DNA of 64,000 nucleotides from Micromonosporaceae bacterium (GTDB lineage: Bacteria > Actinomycetota > Actinomycetes > Mycobacteriales > Micromonosporaceae): positions 94-64,093 of the forward strand of contig DASRIS010000186.1 in NCBI GenBank assembly GCA_035649895.1. The letters run 5' to 3'. The position numbers were made by a program, and so were the translations under genes. The notes under the pieces were generated by a model that was not told the origin of the DNA, made no database searches, and worked only from the letters and a program-made list of their open reading frames with translations. Shown here in pieces: positions 7,354 through 15,349 of this stretch (position 1 is the first letter of the stretch; every line of letters starts with the position of its first letter).

Positions 7354-7628
7354 TTGCTCTCCCACGACTCGAACTCCTTCCGCTCGTCGTCGGTCATGTC
7401 GCGGGCACCCGCGATCTCGACGTCGAAGCCCCGCGCCAGCCGCGTCATGACAACCAACAGGCGGCCGTCCTTCGTGCGCCCACAGATGTAGAGCATCGAC
7501 AGGACGTAGGGGTGGCGGACCGGGACCGGCCGCCGACGGTCGCCGTAGAGCACCTGCAGAACCTCGTACGGCTCGACGCTGTTACGGTCGAGCACGGCGA
7601 ACGCGGTCGACAACCACTCGTAGGGCAC
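7350..7628 (-). CDS. Putative toxin (BrnT/DUF497-like; tentative) of a toxin-first TA pair
   Basis: 92 aa. PYEVLQVLYG ... ICGRTKDGRLLVVMTRLARGFDVEIAGARDMTDDERKEF resembles the BrnT layout. GTG start without an SD. Translationally coupled to the RHH gene. Confidence 0.5.
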   Translation of the reverse strand: MPYEWLSTAFAVLDRNSVEPYEVLQVLYGDRRRPVPVRHPYVLSMLYICGRTKDGRLLVVMTRLARGFDVEIAGARDMTDDERKEFESWESK

Positions 7629-7634
7629 TCGATC

Positions 7635-7659
7635 AATGTACTACGAAATGAGCTACGAA
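7635..7659 (-). promoter_or_regulatory. -10-like TACATT 6 nt upstream of the toxin GTG, plus two direct CTACGAA repeats (12-nt period); candidate leaderless promoter/operator
   Basis: On the minus strand: TTCGTAGCTCATTTCGTAGTACATTgatcgaGTG. Repeats lie at 7641-7647 and 7653-7659 (plus-strand coordinates). Confidence 0.3.
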
Positions 7660-7737
7660 CCGGTATCGCCAAGATCAAAGACCTGGTACTGCTGTCTACC
7701 GTCCGGGATGTCGGCGGGTGTGGCAGCGGCGGCGGGC

Positions 7738-7846
7738 TCAGGCGAGGGCCCGGTCCACCGCGTCGGGGAAGAGGACCCGCTCCAGCACCAGGTGCACCAG
7801 CCCCACGGTCGCCGCCCGCTCACCCAGCTCGCTTGGCACGATTCGC
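7738..7846 (-). pseudogene. Orphan copy of the last 36 codons plus stop of the ROK regulator gene
   Basis: 7735-7846 aligns with 8370-8481 (about 92 % identity). It translates to RIVPSELGERAATVGLVHLVLERVLFPDAVDRALA*, against ...VLSPEAVDRALA* in the intact gene. Confidence 0.8.
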
Positions 7847-7854
7847 TTTGGAAT

Positions 7855-8288
7855 TCATTGATTCTCTTCGAGCCTAGTGTTGCTGCGGACGGTCTCGCGA
7901 TCGATCTCGGCCTGCTCGCGCGCGATGCGGCGGGCAGTGTCGTTGATGGCGGCCTCGGCGCGGTCCAGCCGCTGCTGTGAGCGGACCAGCGCGGCGCGGG
8001 CGAGCTCCAACGCCTCTGTGCTGCGGTCGACGTGCTGTTCTGCGGCTACACGCAGACGGCGGCTGCGCTCATCGAGCTCCTCCTGCCGTTTGACGAGCCA
8101 GCACTCGCGGGCGTCGGCGATCGTCTCCCGTCGTTGGCGAGCGTCTCGCGTTCGTCGGCGGCCCGGTCCCGTCTGTCGGCGGCGTGCTCTCGCTCGACGA
8201 GCCTGCGCTCGTGGCCAGCCACCAGGCGCTCGCAACCCTCCAGCGTCTGCTCCTGTTGGGCACGCGGCTTCTGCTTGCGGTCGGTCAC
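7855..8288 (-). pseudogene. Arg/Asp/Glu-rich coiled-coil protein gene, apparently frameshifted near 8127
   Basis: GGAG SD plus GTG 8288 gives MTDRKQKPRAQQEQ...ADERETLANDG. The coiled coil continues in another frame as ETIADARECWLVKRQEELDERSRRL...RLEENQ*, with the stop at 7855. Confidence 0.55.
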
Positions 8289-8372
8289 GGCTGCACTCCG
8301 TGCTACGCATGGCTGCTTGCGTCTGTATCACCCAGGCTACCAACGAGATGAGCCACGAGCCCGCGGTCCGGC

Positions 8373-9545
8373 TCAGGCGAGGGCCCGGTCCACCGCTTCG
8401 GGTGAGAGCACCCGCTCCAGCACCAGGTGCACCAGGCCCACGGTCGCCGCGCGCTCGCCCAGCTCGCTCGGCACGATCCGCAGCCCCTCGGTGCTGCGGC
8501 CCAGCGTGACGTGGCGTACCCGGGATGCGACGGTCTCCACGACGGAGGGCAGGGCGCCGATGGTGCCGCCGAGCACGAGCGTGCGCGGGTTGGTCAGCGC
8601 GATCAGCGCGGCCAGCACGCTGCCGACCCGGCGCGCGGCCGCCCGCAGCGCGGCCCGCACCGCCGGGTCCCGGCGCAGGGCCCGCTCGGCCAGGTCGTCC
8701 AGGCAGGTCACGCCGGCGGGGCGGAGCCGGGCCAGCAGGGCATGACCTGAGGCGTACGCGGCGAGGCAGCCCAGCCGCCCGCAGCGGCACTCCGGCCCGC
8801 CCCGGCTGACCGTGACGTGCCCGATGTCCCCGGCGGCGCCGTCGTCGCCACCGAGGCTGCGGCCGTCGACCACGAGCCCGGCCCCGATGCCGCTGGCCCA
8901 CTTGACGCCGAGCAGCGTGGCGCCAGCATGCCGGGTCGCCTCGCCGAGCACCAGCGCCCGCGCGTCGTTCTCCAGCACCAGCGGCACCGGCCACTGCTCC
9001 CGCAGCCGCTCCAGCAGCGGGTAGCTCTCCCAGCCCGGCATCGTCGTGGTCGGCCCGGTCAGCCCGGTCGCCGGGGAGACCGGCCCGGGCAGGCCGACCC
9101 CGACCCCGATGAGCCGCTCCCCGCGACCCCGGGAGAGCAGGGTACGGGCCAGCGTCACCAGCGCCCGTACGGTCCGGTCGGGCGGCGTGCTCGGGACGTC
9201 CAGGCGTACCCCGGCGCAGCGCAGCTCGGCACCTGGCACGCCGGTCACGGCGACCCGGCCATGGGTGTGCCCGACGTCGATGGTGAGCACCACCATGTGC
9301 CGGTCGTCGAAGCGGATCAGCTCGGCCGGGCGCCCGCCGAGCGAGGCGCCCACCCCGGCCGCGTAGACCAGCCCGTGCCGGAACAGCGGCCCCAGCCGGT
9401 CCAGCAGGGTGGGGCGGGACATCCCGGTGGCCTCGATCAGCTGCTGGCGGGTCCAGGCCGGGCGCGAGCGGATCAGCGCCAGCAGGTGTCCCGAGGTCGC
9501 GCCCTGCAACGGCCGCGGCGGGCCGGGTTTCGGCGTGTCGGTCAC
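8373..9545 (-). CDS. ROK-family transcriptional regulator (N-terminal wHTH plus sugar-kinase-like domain)
   Basis: HLLALIRSRPAWTRQQLIEATGMSRPTL, then VLTIDVGHTHGRVAV, GVGLPGPV and CRCGRLGCLAAYASG (ROK zinc motif). Confidence 0.85.
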   Translation of the reverse strand: MTDTPKPGPPRPLQGATSGHLLALIRSRPAWTRQQLIEATGMSRPTLLDRLGPLFRHGLVYAAGVGASLGGRPAELIRFDDRHMVVLTIDVGHTHGRVAVTGVPGAELRCAGVRLDVPSTPPDRTVRALVTLARTLLSRGRGERLIGVGVGLPGPVSPATGLTGPTTTMPGWESYPLLERLREQWPVPLVLENDARALVLGEATRHAGATLLGVKWASGIGAGLVVDGRSLGGDDGAAGDIGHVTVSRGGPECRCGRLGCLAAYASGHALLARLRPAGVTCLDDLAERALRRDPAVRAALRAAARRVGSVLAALIALTNPRTLVLGGTIGALPSVVETVASRVRHVTLGRSTEGLRIVPSELGERAATVGLVHLVLERVLSPEAVDRALA

Positions 9546-9577
9546 TGTGCCCCATTGACAGCTCGAGCGGCGGGCTG

Positions 9578-9610
9578 AGAACTTGTGTCAGCTAGTTTGA
9601 CAAAAGTTCT
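9578..9610. promoter_or_regulatory. 13-nt inverted repeat (12/13 match) in the ROK / ABC-operon divergent intergenic region; candidate operator
   Basis: AGAACTTGTGTCA (9578-9590), 7-nt spacer, TGACAAAAGTTCT (9598-9610). It lies 26 nt upstream of the ATG at 9636. Confidence 0.4.
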
Positions 9611-9635
9611 GCCATGACACATCCAGGGAGCCTCG

Positions 9636-10976
9636 ATGACGAACAGTTCCTGGTACGGCCCGAGAGTCAGCCGGCGCGCCGCGTTGGGCCTCGGCCTCGG
9701 TGTGGCGGCAGCGCCGGCCTTGGCCGCCTGTGGTGGCGTGTCCACCTCGGGCGCGGACGGCGGCAGCGGATCCGTCAGCTTCCTATGCACCCAGTTCGCC
9801 CCGGTCGAGGAGCGGCAGCGCTTCGAGCAGATCCTGAGCAACCGGGTGACCACCGCCAAGGTCGCCTACAACACGGCCGACGGCGGGGTGTTCGCATCCA
9901 CCATCCAGTCCCAGGTCGAGGCGGGCAAGGTGCAGGTCGGCCTGGTCGGCGGCCTGCACGGCGAGCTCGCCCCGCACGCCAGCCGCCTCACCGACCTCGA
10001 CGACCTGGTCACCGCGCTGGCCGACCGGGGCATCGAGGCCGACCTGACCGACCTCAGCAAGCTCGGCGGCAACGCCGCCAAGTACATACCGTGGATGCAG
10101 GCCTCCTACGTCGTCGCGGTCAACAAGAAGGCGCTGCAGTGGCTGCCCAGCGGCGCCGACCCGCAGAAGCTCACCTACGACCAGCTGCTGGCGTGGGCGG
10201 CGGCGGCCAAGGCCGGCAACGGCGGCAAGGCCGTCCTCGGCATCCCGGCCGGGCCGAAGGGGCTCTACCACCGGTTCTTCCAGGGCTTCCTGCTGCCCAG
10301 CTTCACCGGCGGGCAGATCACCACGTTCCGCAGCCCGGAGGCCGTGCAGGCCTGGCAGTACATGAAGGAGCTGTGGGCCAACACGACCCCGGCCTCCACC
10401 AACTACGACTTCATGCAGGAGCCGCTGCAGCGCGGCGAGGTGCTCATCGCCTGGGACCACGTGGCCCGCCTGGTCAACGCGCCGAAGGAGAAGCCGGACG
10501 ACTGGCTGATGGTGCCCGCGCCACGGGGCCCGAAGGGACTGGGCTACCTGCTCGTCGTGGTGGGCCTCGGCATCCCCCGCGGCGCCCCCGACGTGGACAA
10601 GGTCAAGGAGGTCATCAAGGCCCTCACCAACCCGGACACCCAGCTGGACGTGCTGCGCCAGAACGCGTTCTTCCCGACCGTCAAGGCCACGCTCCCCAGC
10701 GACCTGCCGCCGAACATCTCCCTGGAGGCCGCGGCCGTGCAGGCCCAGCAGGGCGCCAGCGAGGCGGTCCTGTCGCTGCCGCCGGTGGGCCTGGGCGCCA
10801 AGGACGGGGAGGTCTCGCAGATCTTCAAGAACACGTTCAAGGAGATCTGCCTCGACCGCAAGCCGGTGCCGCAGGTGCTCGACGCGCAGGCCAAGCAGCT
10901 CAACACGATCCTGGACCAGCTGAAGGTCCCGTGCTGGAAGCCGGACCCCGCCGGTCAGACCTGCAAGGTGATGTGA
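9636..10976 (+). CDS. ABC transporter sugar-binding lipoprotein (family-1 solute-binding protein)
   Basis: Tat-like/lipoprotein signal RRAALGLGLGVAAAPALAACGG. GGGAG SD. Size and composition fit a carbohydrate SBP. Confidence 0.85.
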   Translation: MTNSSWYGPRVSRRAALGLGLGVAAAPALAACGGVSTSGADGGSGSVSFLCTQFAPVEERQRFEQILSNRVTTAKVAYNTADGGVFASTIQSQVEAGKVQVGLVGGLHGELAPHASRLTDLDDLVTALADRGIEADLTDLSKLGGNAAKYIPWMQASYVVAVNKKALQWLPSGADPQKLTYDQLLAWAAAAKAGNGGKAVLGIPAGPKGLYHRFFQGFLLPSFTGGQITTFRSPEAVQAWQYMKELWANTTPASTNYDFMQEPLQRGEVLIAWDHVARLVNAPKEKPDDWLMVPAPRGPKGLGYLLVVVGLGIPRGAPDVDKVKEVIKALTNPDTQLDVLRQNAFFPTVKATLPSDLPPNISLEAAAVQAQQGASEAVLSLPPVGLGAKDGEVSQIFKNTFKEICLDRKPVPQVLDAQAKQLNTILDQLKVPCWKPDPAGQTCKVM

Positions 10977-11839
10977 TGCCCCGGGCCCGTCGGCGCCGGG
11001 CACGCCTGCCCACGCCGATCCTGCTGATCGCGCCCTCGCTGGTCTTCATGACCGCCTTGTTCGCGTGGCCGCTGGTCGTCGGCGTCGCGCAGGCGTTCAC
11101 CGGGGTCGACGGGCCCACCCTCAGCCACGCGCAGCGCATGCTCGACGACCCGTACTTCTGGCCGGCCGCGCGCAACACCGTGCTGCTGATCGTGGTCCTG
11201 ATCCCGCTGCAGTTCGCGTTCGCCCTCACCATGGCGCTGGTGCTGCGCGAGCGGCCGAGGTTCTCCGGCCTCTACTTCTACATCTGGGTGGTCCCGCTGG
11301 CCATCAGCGACCTGGCCGCCGGCCTGGTCTGGCTGTCCATCTTCACCGACCGGGGCTACCTCAACTCGGTGCTGGACCGGCTGGGCGTCGAGCCCTACTC
11401 GTGGCTGTCCTACGAGCACCCGACGACGGTCTTCCTCGCCGTGCTCATCGCCGAGCTGTGGCGGGCGACGTCGCTGGTCTTCGTCATCATCGTGGCCGGC
11501 CTGCAGGGCATCCCGCAGGACTACGACGAGGCGGCGGCGGTCTTCGGCGCCACCTACTGGCAGCGGCTGCGCCACGTCATCCTGCCGCAGCTGCGGCCCA
11601 GCCTCCAGGTGGCGATGATCCTGCGCACGATCCTGGCCTTCCAGACCTTCGCGGTGGCGCAGGCGCTGGCCGGGCGGGACTTCCCGCTGCTGGTCGGGGA
11701 GACCTACCACTGGTACAACACCCTCCAGAACGCCAACGTCGCGGCGGTCATCGCCCTGGTCGTGCTCGGGGCCTCGATGGTCACCTCAGTGGCGTACCTG
11801 CGGCTGCTGCGCGACCGCACCACGGAGGTGGCGACATGA
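10976..11839 (+). CDS. Carbohydrate ABC transporter permease (MalF/UgpA-like)
   Basis: Six hydrophobic segments. EAA-type loop DYDEAAAVFGATYWQRLRHVILPQLRP. Its ATG shares one nt with the upstream TGA. Confidence 0.85.
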   Translation: MPRARRRRARLPTPILLIAPSLVFMTALFAWPLVVGVAQAFTGVDGPTLSHAQRMLDDPYFWPAARNTVLLIVVLIPLQFAFALTMALVLRERPRFSGLYFYIWVVPLAISDLAAGLVWLSIFTDRGYLNSVLDRLGVEPYSWLSYEHPTTVFLAVLIAELWRATSLVFVIIVAGLQGIPQDYDEAAAVFGATYWQRLRHVILPQLRPSLQVAMILRTILAFQTFAVAQALAGRDFPLLVGETYHWYNTLQNANVAAVIALVVLGASMVTSVAYLRLLRDRTTEVAT

Positions 11840-11858
11840 GCGCGACGGAGGTGACGGC

Positions 11859-12737
11859 ATGAGCGCGCCCGCCGCGGTGCGCCGCCCGCCCGCGCCGGCG
11901 GCCACCGCGCCGCCCCGGCCGCGCCGGTCCAGCCGGCGCCGCAAGGCGGTGCTGCTCCAGCTCGCGTGCCTGGCCATCACGGCCTTCATGGGGGTGCCGC
12001 TCTACCTCATCACGCTGGCTGCGCTGTCCAGCCGGGCGGCGCTCAACCGGTTCCCGCTGTCGCTGCTGCCTACCGATCTCTCCACCGAGACGATGTCCCG
12101 GTTCCTCGACTCCACCGGGGTCGTCCCGGGCTTTGTCAACTCGCTCATCGTCGGCCTGTCCACACTGGTCTTCGCGCTGCTGGTCGGGGTGCCGGCCGGC
12201 TACGCGCTGTCCCGCTACGCGTTCCGCGGGCGCGACCCGTACCAGCTGTTCCTGCTGCTGACCCGGGCGCTGCCGATCGTGGTGCTGTCGGTGCCGCTGG
12301 CAAAGGTCTTCCTCACCACCAACCTCTACGACACGACGTACGCGGTGACGCTGCTGCACACGGCGCTGGCGCTGCCCACCACCGTGCTGATCACCGCGGC
12401 GGTGTTCGTCTCGGTCCCGCGCGACCACGAGGAGGCCGCGGCCGTCCTCGGTGCCAACGCGGCCCAGGCGTTCGTCCGGGTCGTGCTGCCGCAGGCGCTG
12501 CCGGGCATCGCGGCCTCGGCCATGTTCACCTTCGTCATGTCGTGGAACGAGGTGCTCGGCGCCGCGATCCTGACCCTCAACCAGCGCACGCTGCCGGCGC
12601 AGGTGCTGGCCACGCTGGCCGACTCACCGTTGGCGTACCGGTTCGCCGGCGGCCTGGCGCTGGTCCTGCCCGCGCTGGTCTTCATCGCGGTGATGCGCAA
12701 GTACCTGGTCAACATGTGGGGGACGACCCTGCGATGA
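11859..12737 (+). CDS. Carbohydrate ABC transporter permease (MalG/UgpE-like)
   Basis: EAA loop DHEEAAAVLGANAAQAFVRVVLPQALPG and multiple TM segments. Confidence 0.85.
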   Translation: MSAPAAVRRPPAPAATAPPRPRRSSRRRKAVLLQLACLAITAFMGVPLYLITLAALSSRAALNRFPLSLLPTDLSTETMSRFLDSTGVVPGFVNSLIVGLSTLVFALLVGVPAGYALSRYAFRGRDPYQLFLLLTRALPIVVLSVPLAKVFLTTNLYDTTYAVTLLHTALALPTTVLITAAVFVSVPRDHEEAAAVLGANAAQAFVRVVLPQALPGIAASAMFTFVMSWNEVLGAAILTLNQRTLPAQVLATLADSPLAYRFAGGLALVLPALVFIAVMRKYLVNMWGTTLR

Positions 12738-12756
12738 GCGACGCGGAGGGGCCGGC

Positions 12757-13884
12757 ATGGCCGACATCGTGATCAGCGAGCTGGTGAAGACCTACCCCGG
12801 TGGCCAGGTGCGGGCCACCGACGACGTGTCGCTGACCGTCGCCGACGGCGAGTTCGTCGTGCTGGTCGGGCCGAGCGGCTGCGGCAAGACCACGCTGCTG
12901 CGGATGGTGGCCGGGCTGGAGACCCCGGACAACGGCAGCATCGCCATCGCCGGTCGGGACGTCACCGACCTGCCACCCCGGCAGCGCAACATCTCCATGG
13001 TGTTCCAGTCCTACGCGATCTTCCCGCACATGCGGGTGCGCCATAACATCGGGTTCGGCCTGCGCATGCGCAAGGTGCCCGCGGCGCAGGTCAACGAGCG
13101 GGTGCGCCGGGCCGCCGAGGTGCTGGAGCTCACCGACTACCTGGACCGCTACCCGGCCCAGCTCTCCGGCGGCCAGCGCCAGCGGGTCGCGGTGGCCCGG
13201 GCCATCGTCGTCGACACCGGCGTGCTGCTGATGGACGAGCCGCTGTCCAACCTGGACGCCCTGCTGCGGCTGCAGTTCCGCGCCGAGCTGAAGAAGATCG
13301 TGCGCCAGATCGGCACCACCACCCTCTACGTCACCCACGACCAGGCCGAGGCGATGTCCCTGGGCGACCGGGTCGCGGTGATGCGCGGCGGGCGCATCGC
13401 CCAGATCGGGCCGCCCCTTGAGGTGTACGACCGGCCGAGCGAGCGCTTTGTCGGCGGGTTCCTCGGCTCGCCGCCGATGAACTTCTTCCCGGCCGTGGTG
13501 CGCCGCGCCGACGGCGGCGCCCGGCTCTGGGTCGGTGACCAGGTGCTGGCGGCACCTGCGCACCTGGCCACGTACGATGGGCGTGAGGTGACTGTCGGGT
13601 TGCGGGCGGAGAACATTGACGTGGCCACGGCCGCCGGGGACGGGCCGGCGGGCGGTGGGCCTGCGAGCGGCGGGTCGGCCGGTGGGCCGGTGCGGGCCAC
13701 CGTCGAGGTGGTGGAGCCGACCGGCGCGTCGGTGCTGCTGACCGTGCGGCTCGAGGGCCACGAGCTCAAGGTGCAGGCGCCGCCCGGGTACCAGGTGGAG
13801 CCGGACAGCCCGGTGTGGCTGCGATGCCGGCCGGAGAGCCTGCGCTTCTACGACGCCGAGACCGCGCTGGCACTGGTCTCGTGA
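12757..13884 (+). CDS. ABC transporter ATP-binding protein (MalK/UgpC-type)
   Basis: Walker A GPSGCGKTT, signature LSGGQRQRVAVARA, Walker B LLMDEPLSNLD, and a C-terminal TOBE-like regulatory domain. Confidence 0.9.
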   Translation: MADIVISELVKTYPGGQVRATDDVSLTVADGEFVVLVGPSGCGKTTLLRMVAGLETPDNGSIAIAGRDVTDLPPRQRNISMVFQSYAIFPHMRVRHNIGFGLRMRKVPAAQVNERVRRAAEVLELTDYLDRYPAQLSGGQRQRVAVARAIVVDTGVLLMDEPLSNLDALLRLQFRAELKKIVRQIGTTTLYVTHDQAEAMSLGDRVAVMRGGRIAQIGPPLEVYDRPSERFVGGFLGSPPMNFFPAVVRRADGGARLWVGDQVLAAPAHLATYDGREVTVGLRAENIDVATAAGDGPAGGGPASGGSAGGPVRATVEVVEPTGASVLLTVRLEGHELKVQAPPGYQVEPDSPVWLRCRPESLRFYDAETALALVS

Positions 13885-15263
13885 TGGTCACCGGCAACGT
13901 CTCCGCCGAGCTGATGGCCGCGCGTGCCGCGTACATCCTGCGCGCCAACGACCTGGGGGAGCTCACCACCGCCGCGCCCCGGCTCTACCCGCACCTGTGG
14001 AGCTGGGACGCGGCGTTCGTGGCGGTCGGGCTCGCCACCATCTCGGTGCCGCGGGCCATCGCCGAGCTGCGCACGCTGCTGCGCGCCCAGTGGCGTACGG
14101 GCATGCTGCCGCACATCGTGTTCGGCCCGGACACCAGCTACTTCCCCGGCGCCGACGTGTGGGACTCGGCCCGGGCCGACGCCGCGCCGCGGGGCGTGGC
14201 GACCTCGGGCATCTGCCAGCCGCCGGTGCACGCGGTCGCGGTGCGCCGCATCCTCGACGCCGGCCGGCGCAACGGTGGCGCGGACCAGCTCGCGGCCGAG
14301 CAGTTCGTGGCCGGGACGTTCGACCAGTGGCTGGCGTGGTACCGCTGGCTGGCCACCGCCCGGGACCCGGCCCGGCGCGGGCTCATCGAGATCTATCACA
14401 GCTGGGAGTCCGGCATGGACAACTCCCCGCGGTGGGACCTCGCCTACGCCAACGTCGTGCCAGGAGCGGACCTGCTCACCCGGCCCCGGCATGACGTGCA
14501 CCACGTCACCGACGCCGGGCAGCGCCCCACCGACGCCGACTACCGCCGCTACCTGTGGCTGGTCCACCAGATGAGGTCGGTCGGGTACGACGACGACCTG
14601 GTGCGGGACACTGTGGACTTCCGGATGACCGACGTGTTCATGTCGGCCATCGCGGCGGTTGCCGCCGAGGAGCTGGCCGGGGTGGGGGAGGAGCTGGGCA
14701 GGCTGCCGGAGGCCAGGGAGCTGCGCGGCCTCGCCGACCGGTTCCGGGCCGGCGTGCTCTCCACCGTCTCGGCCCGCACCGGGCTCGCCCGCGACCAGGA
14801 CCTGCGCACCGGGGCCTGGCTCGAGGTGGACAGCGTCGCTGGCTTCGCGGCGCTGCTGTGCGGCGGCGATGAGGCCGTGGTCGAGCGCCAGCTGCGGCTG
14901 CTGGCCGGTCCACAGTGGTGCGGCCACCCGGGGCTGCGCTTCGCGGTGCCCCCGTCGGCGCCGCCGGGCTCGCCGGGGTTCGCCCCACGCACCTACTGGC
15001 GCGGTCCACAGTGGCCGATGATGAACTGGCTGCTCTGGTGGGCACTGGAGCGGCAGCGCCCAGGCGGTGACCTGGCCGCGCAGATCCGTTCGGAGGCCCT
15101 GCGCCAGCTCGCCGACCTCTCCTTCGGCGAGTACTACGAGCCGTTCACCGGTGAGCCGCTCGGCAGCACGCAGCAGTCGTGGAGCGCTGCCGTGGCGCTG
15201 GACTGGCTGCTGTGCCCGCAGGACCAGCCGGCGCTGGCCGGAGCCGGCTCGGCGGGCCGCTGA
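13884..15263 (+). CDS. GH63-family glycoside hydrolase resembling mycobacterial glucosylglycerate hydrolase (GgH)
   Basis: LYPHLWSWDAAFVAVGLA, GICQPPVHAVAV, YHSWESGMDNSPRWD, YWRGPQWPMMNWLL and EYYEPFTGEPLGSTQQSWSAA match GgH as I recall it. Its ATG overlaps the upstream TGA. Confidence 0.7.
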   Translation: MVTGNVSAELMAARAAYILRANDLGELTTAAPRLYPHLWSWDAAFVAVGLATISVPRAIAELRTLLRAQWRTGMLPHIVFGPDTSYFPGADVWDSARADAAPRGVATSGICQPPVHAVAVRRILDAGRRNGGADQLAAEQFVAGTFDQWLAWYRWLATARDPARRGLIEIYHSWESGMDNSPRWDLAYANVVPGADLLTRPRHDVHHVTDAGQRPTDADYRRYLWLVHQMRSVGYDDDLVRDTVDFRMTDVFMSAIAAVAAEELAGVGEELGRLPEARELRGLADRFRAGVLSTVSARTGLARDQDLRTGAWLEVDSVAGFAALLCGGDEAVVERQLRLLAGPQWCGHPGLRFAVPPSAPPGSPGFAPRTYWRGPQWPMMNWLLWWALERQRPGGDLAAQIRSEALRQLADLSFGEYYEPFTGEPLGSTQQSWSAAVALDWLLCPQDQPALAGAGSAGR

Positions 15264-15349
15264 GCCTCGCCCCCGGGCCGTGCCGCGGAGCCCGCGCCGC
15301 TGCGCCTCAGCCGGGCGCGGCGGGCATGATCCCCGGAGCGTGCGGGTAG

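Noticed and set aside
981-8372. Calling the left-hand island an integrative mobile element or prophage remnant
   Set aside because: I recognised no integrase, transposase, relaxase, tRNA target or terminal repeats at its outer edges. Only the internal ROK 3'-end duplication hints at past recombination.
7855-9555. 566-aa minus-strand ORF spanning the coiled-coil gene and the whole ROK gene in another frame
   Set aside because: Its Arg/Pro/Gly/Ala-rich translation is typical of an off-frame reading of GC-rich coding DNA. Only its last ~90 codons (the coiled-coil gene remnant) look genuine. The ROK frame (8373-9545) carries clear family motifs.
9614-10975. First 1.36 kb of the 741-aa plus-strand ORF overlapping the solute-binding protein gene
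   Set aside because: The translation is low-complexity RGRP-type. The real permease begins at ATG 10976 in the same frame. The SBP frame has a lipoprotein signal and an SD.
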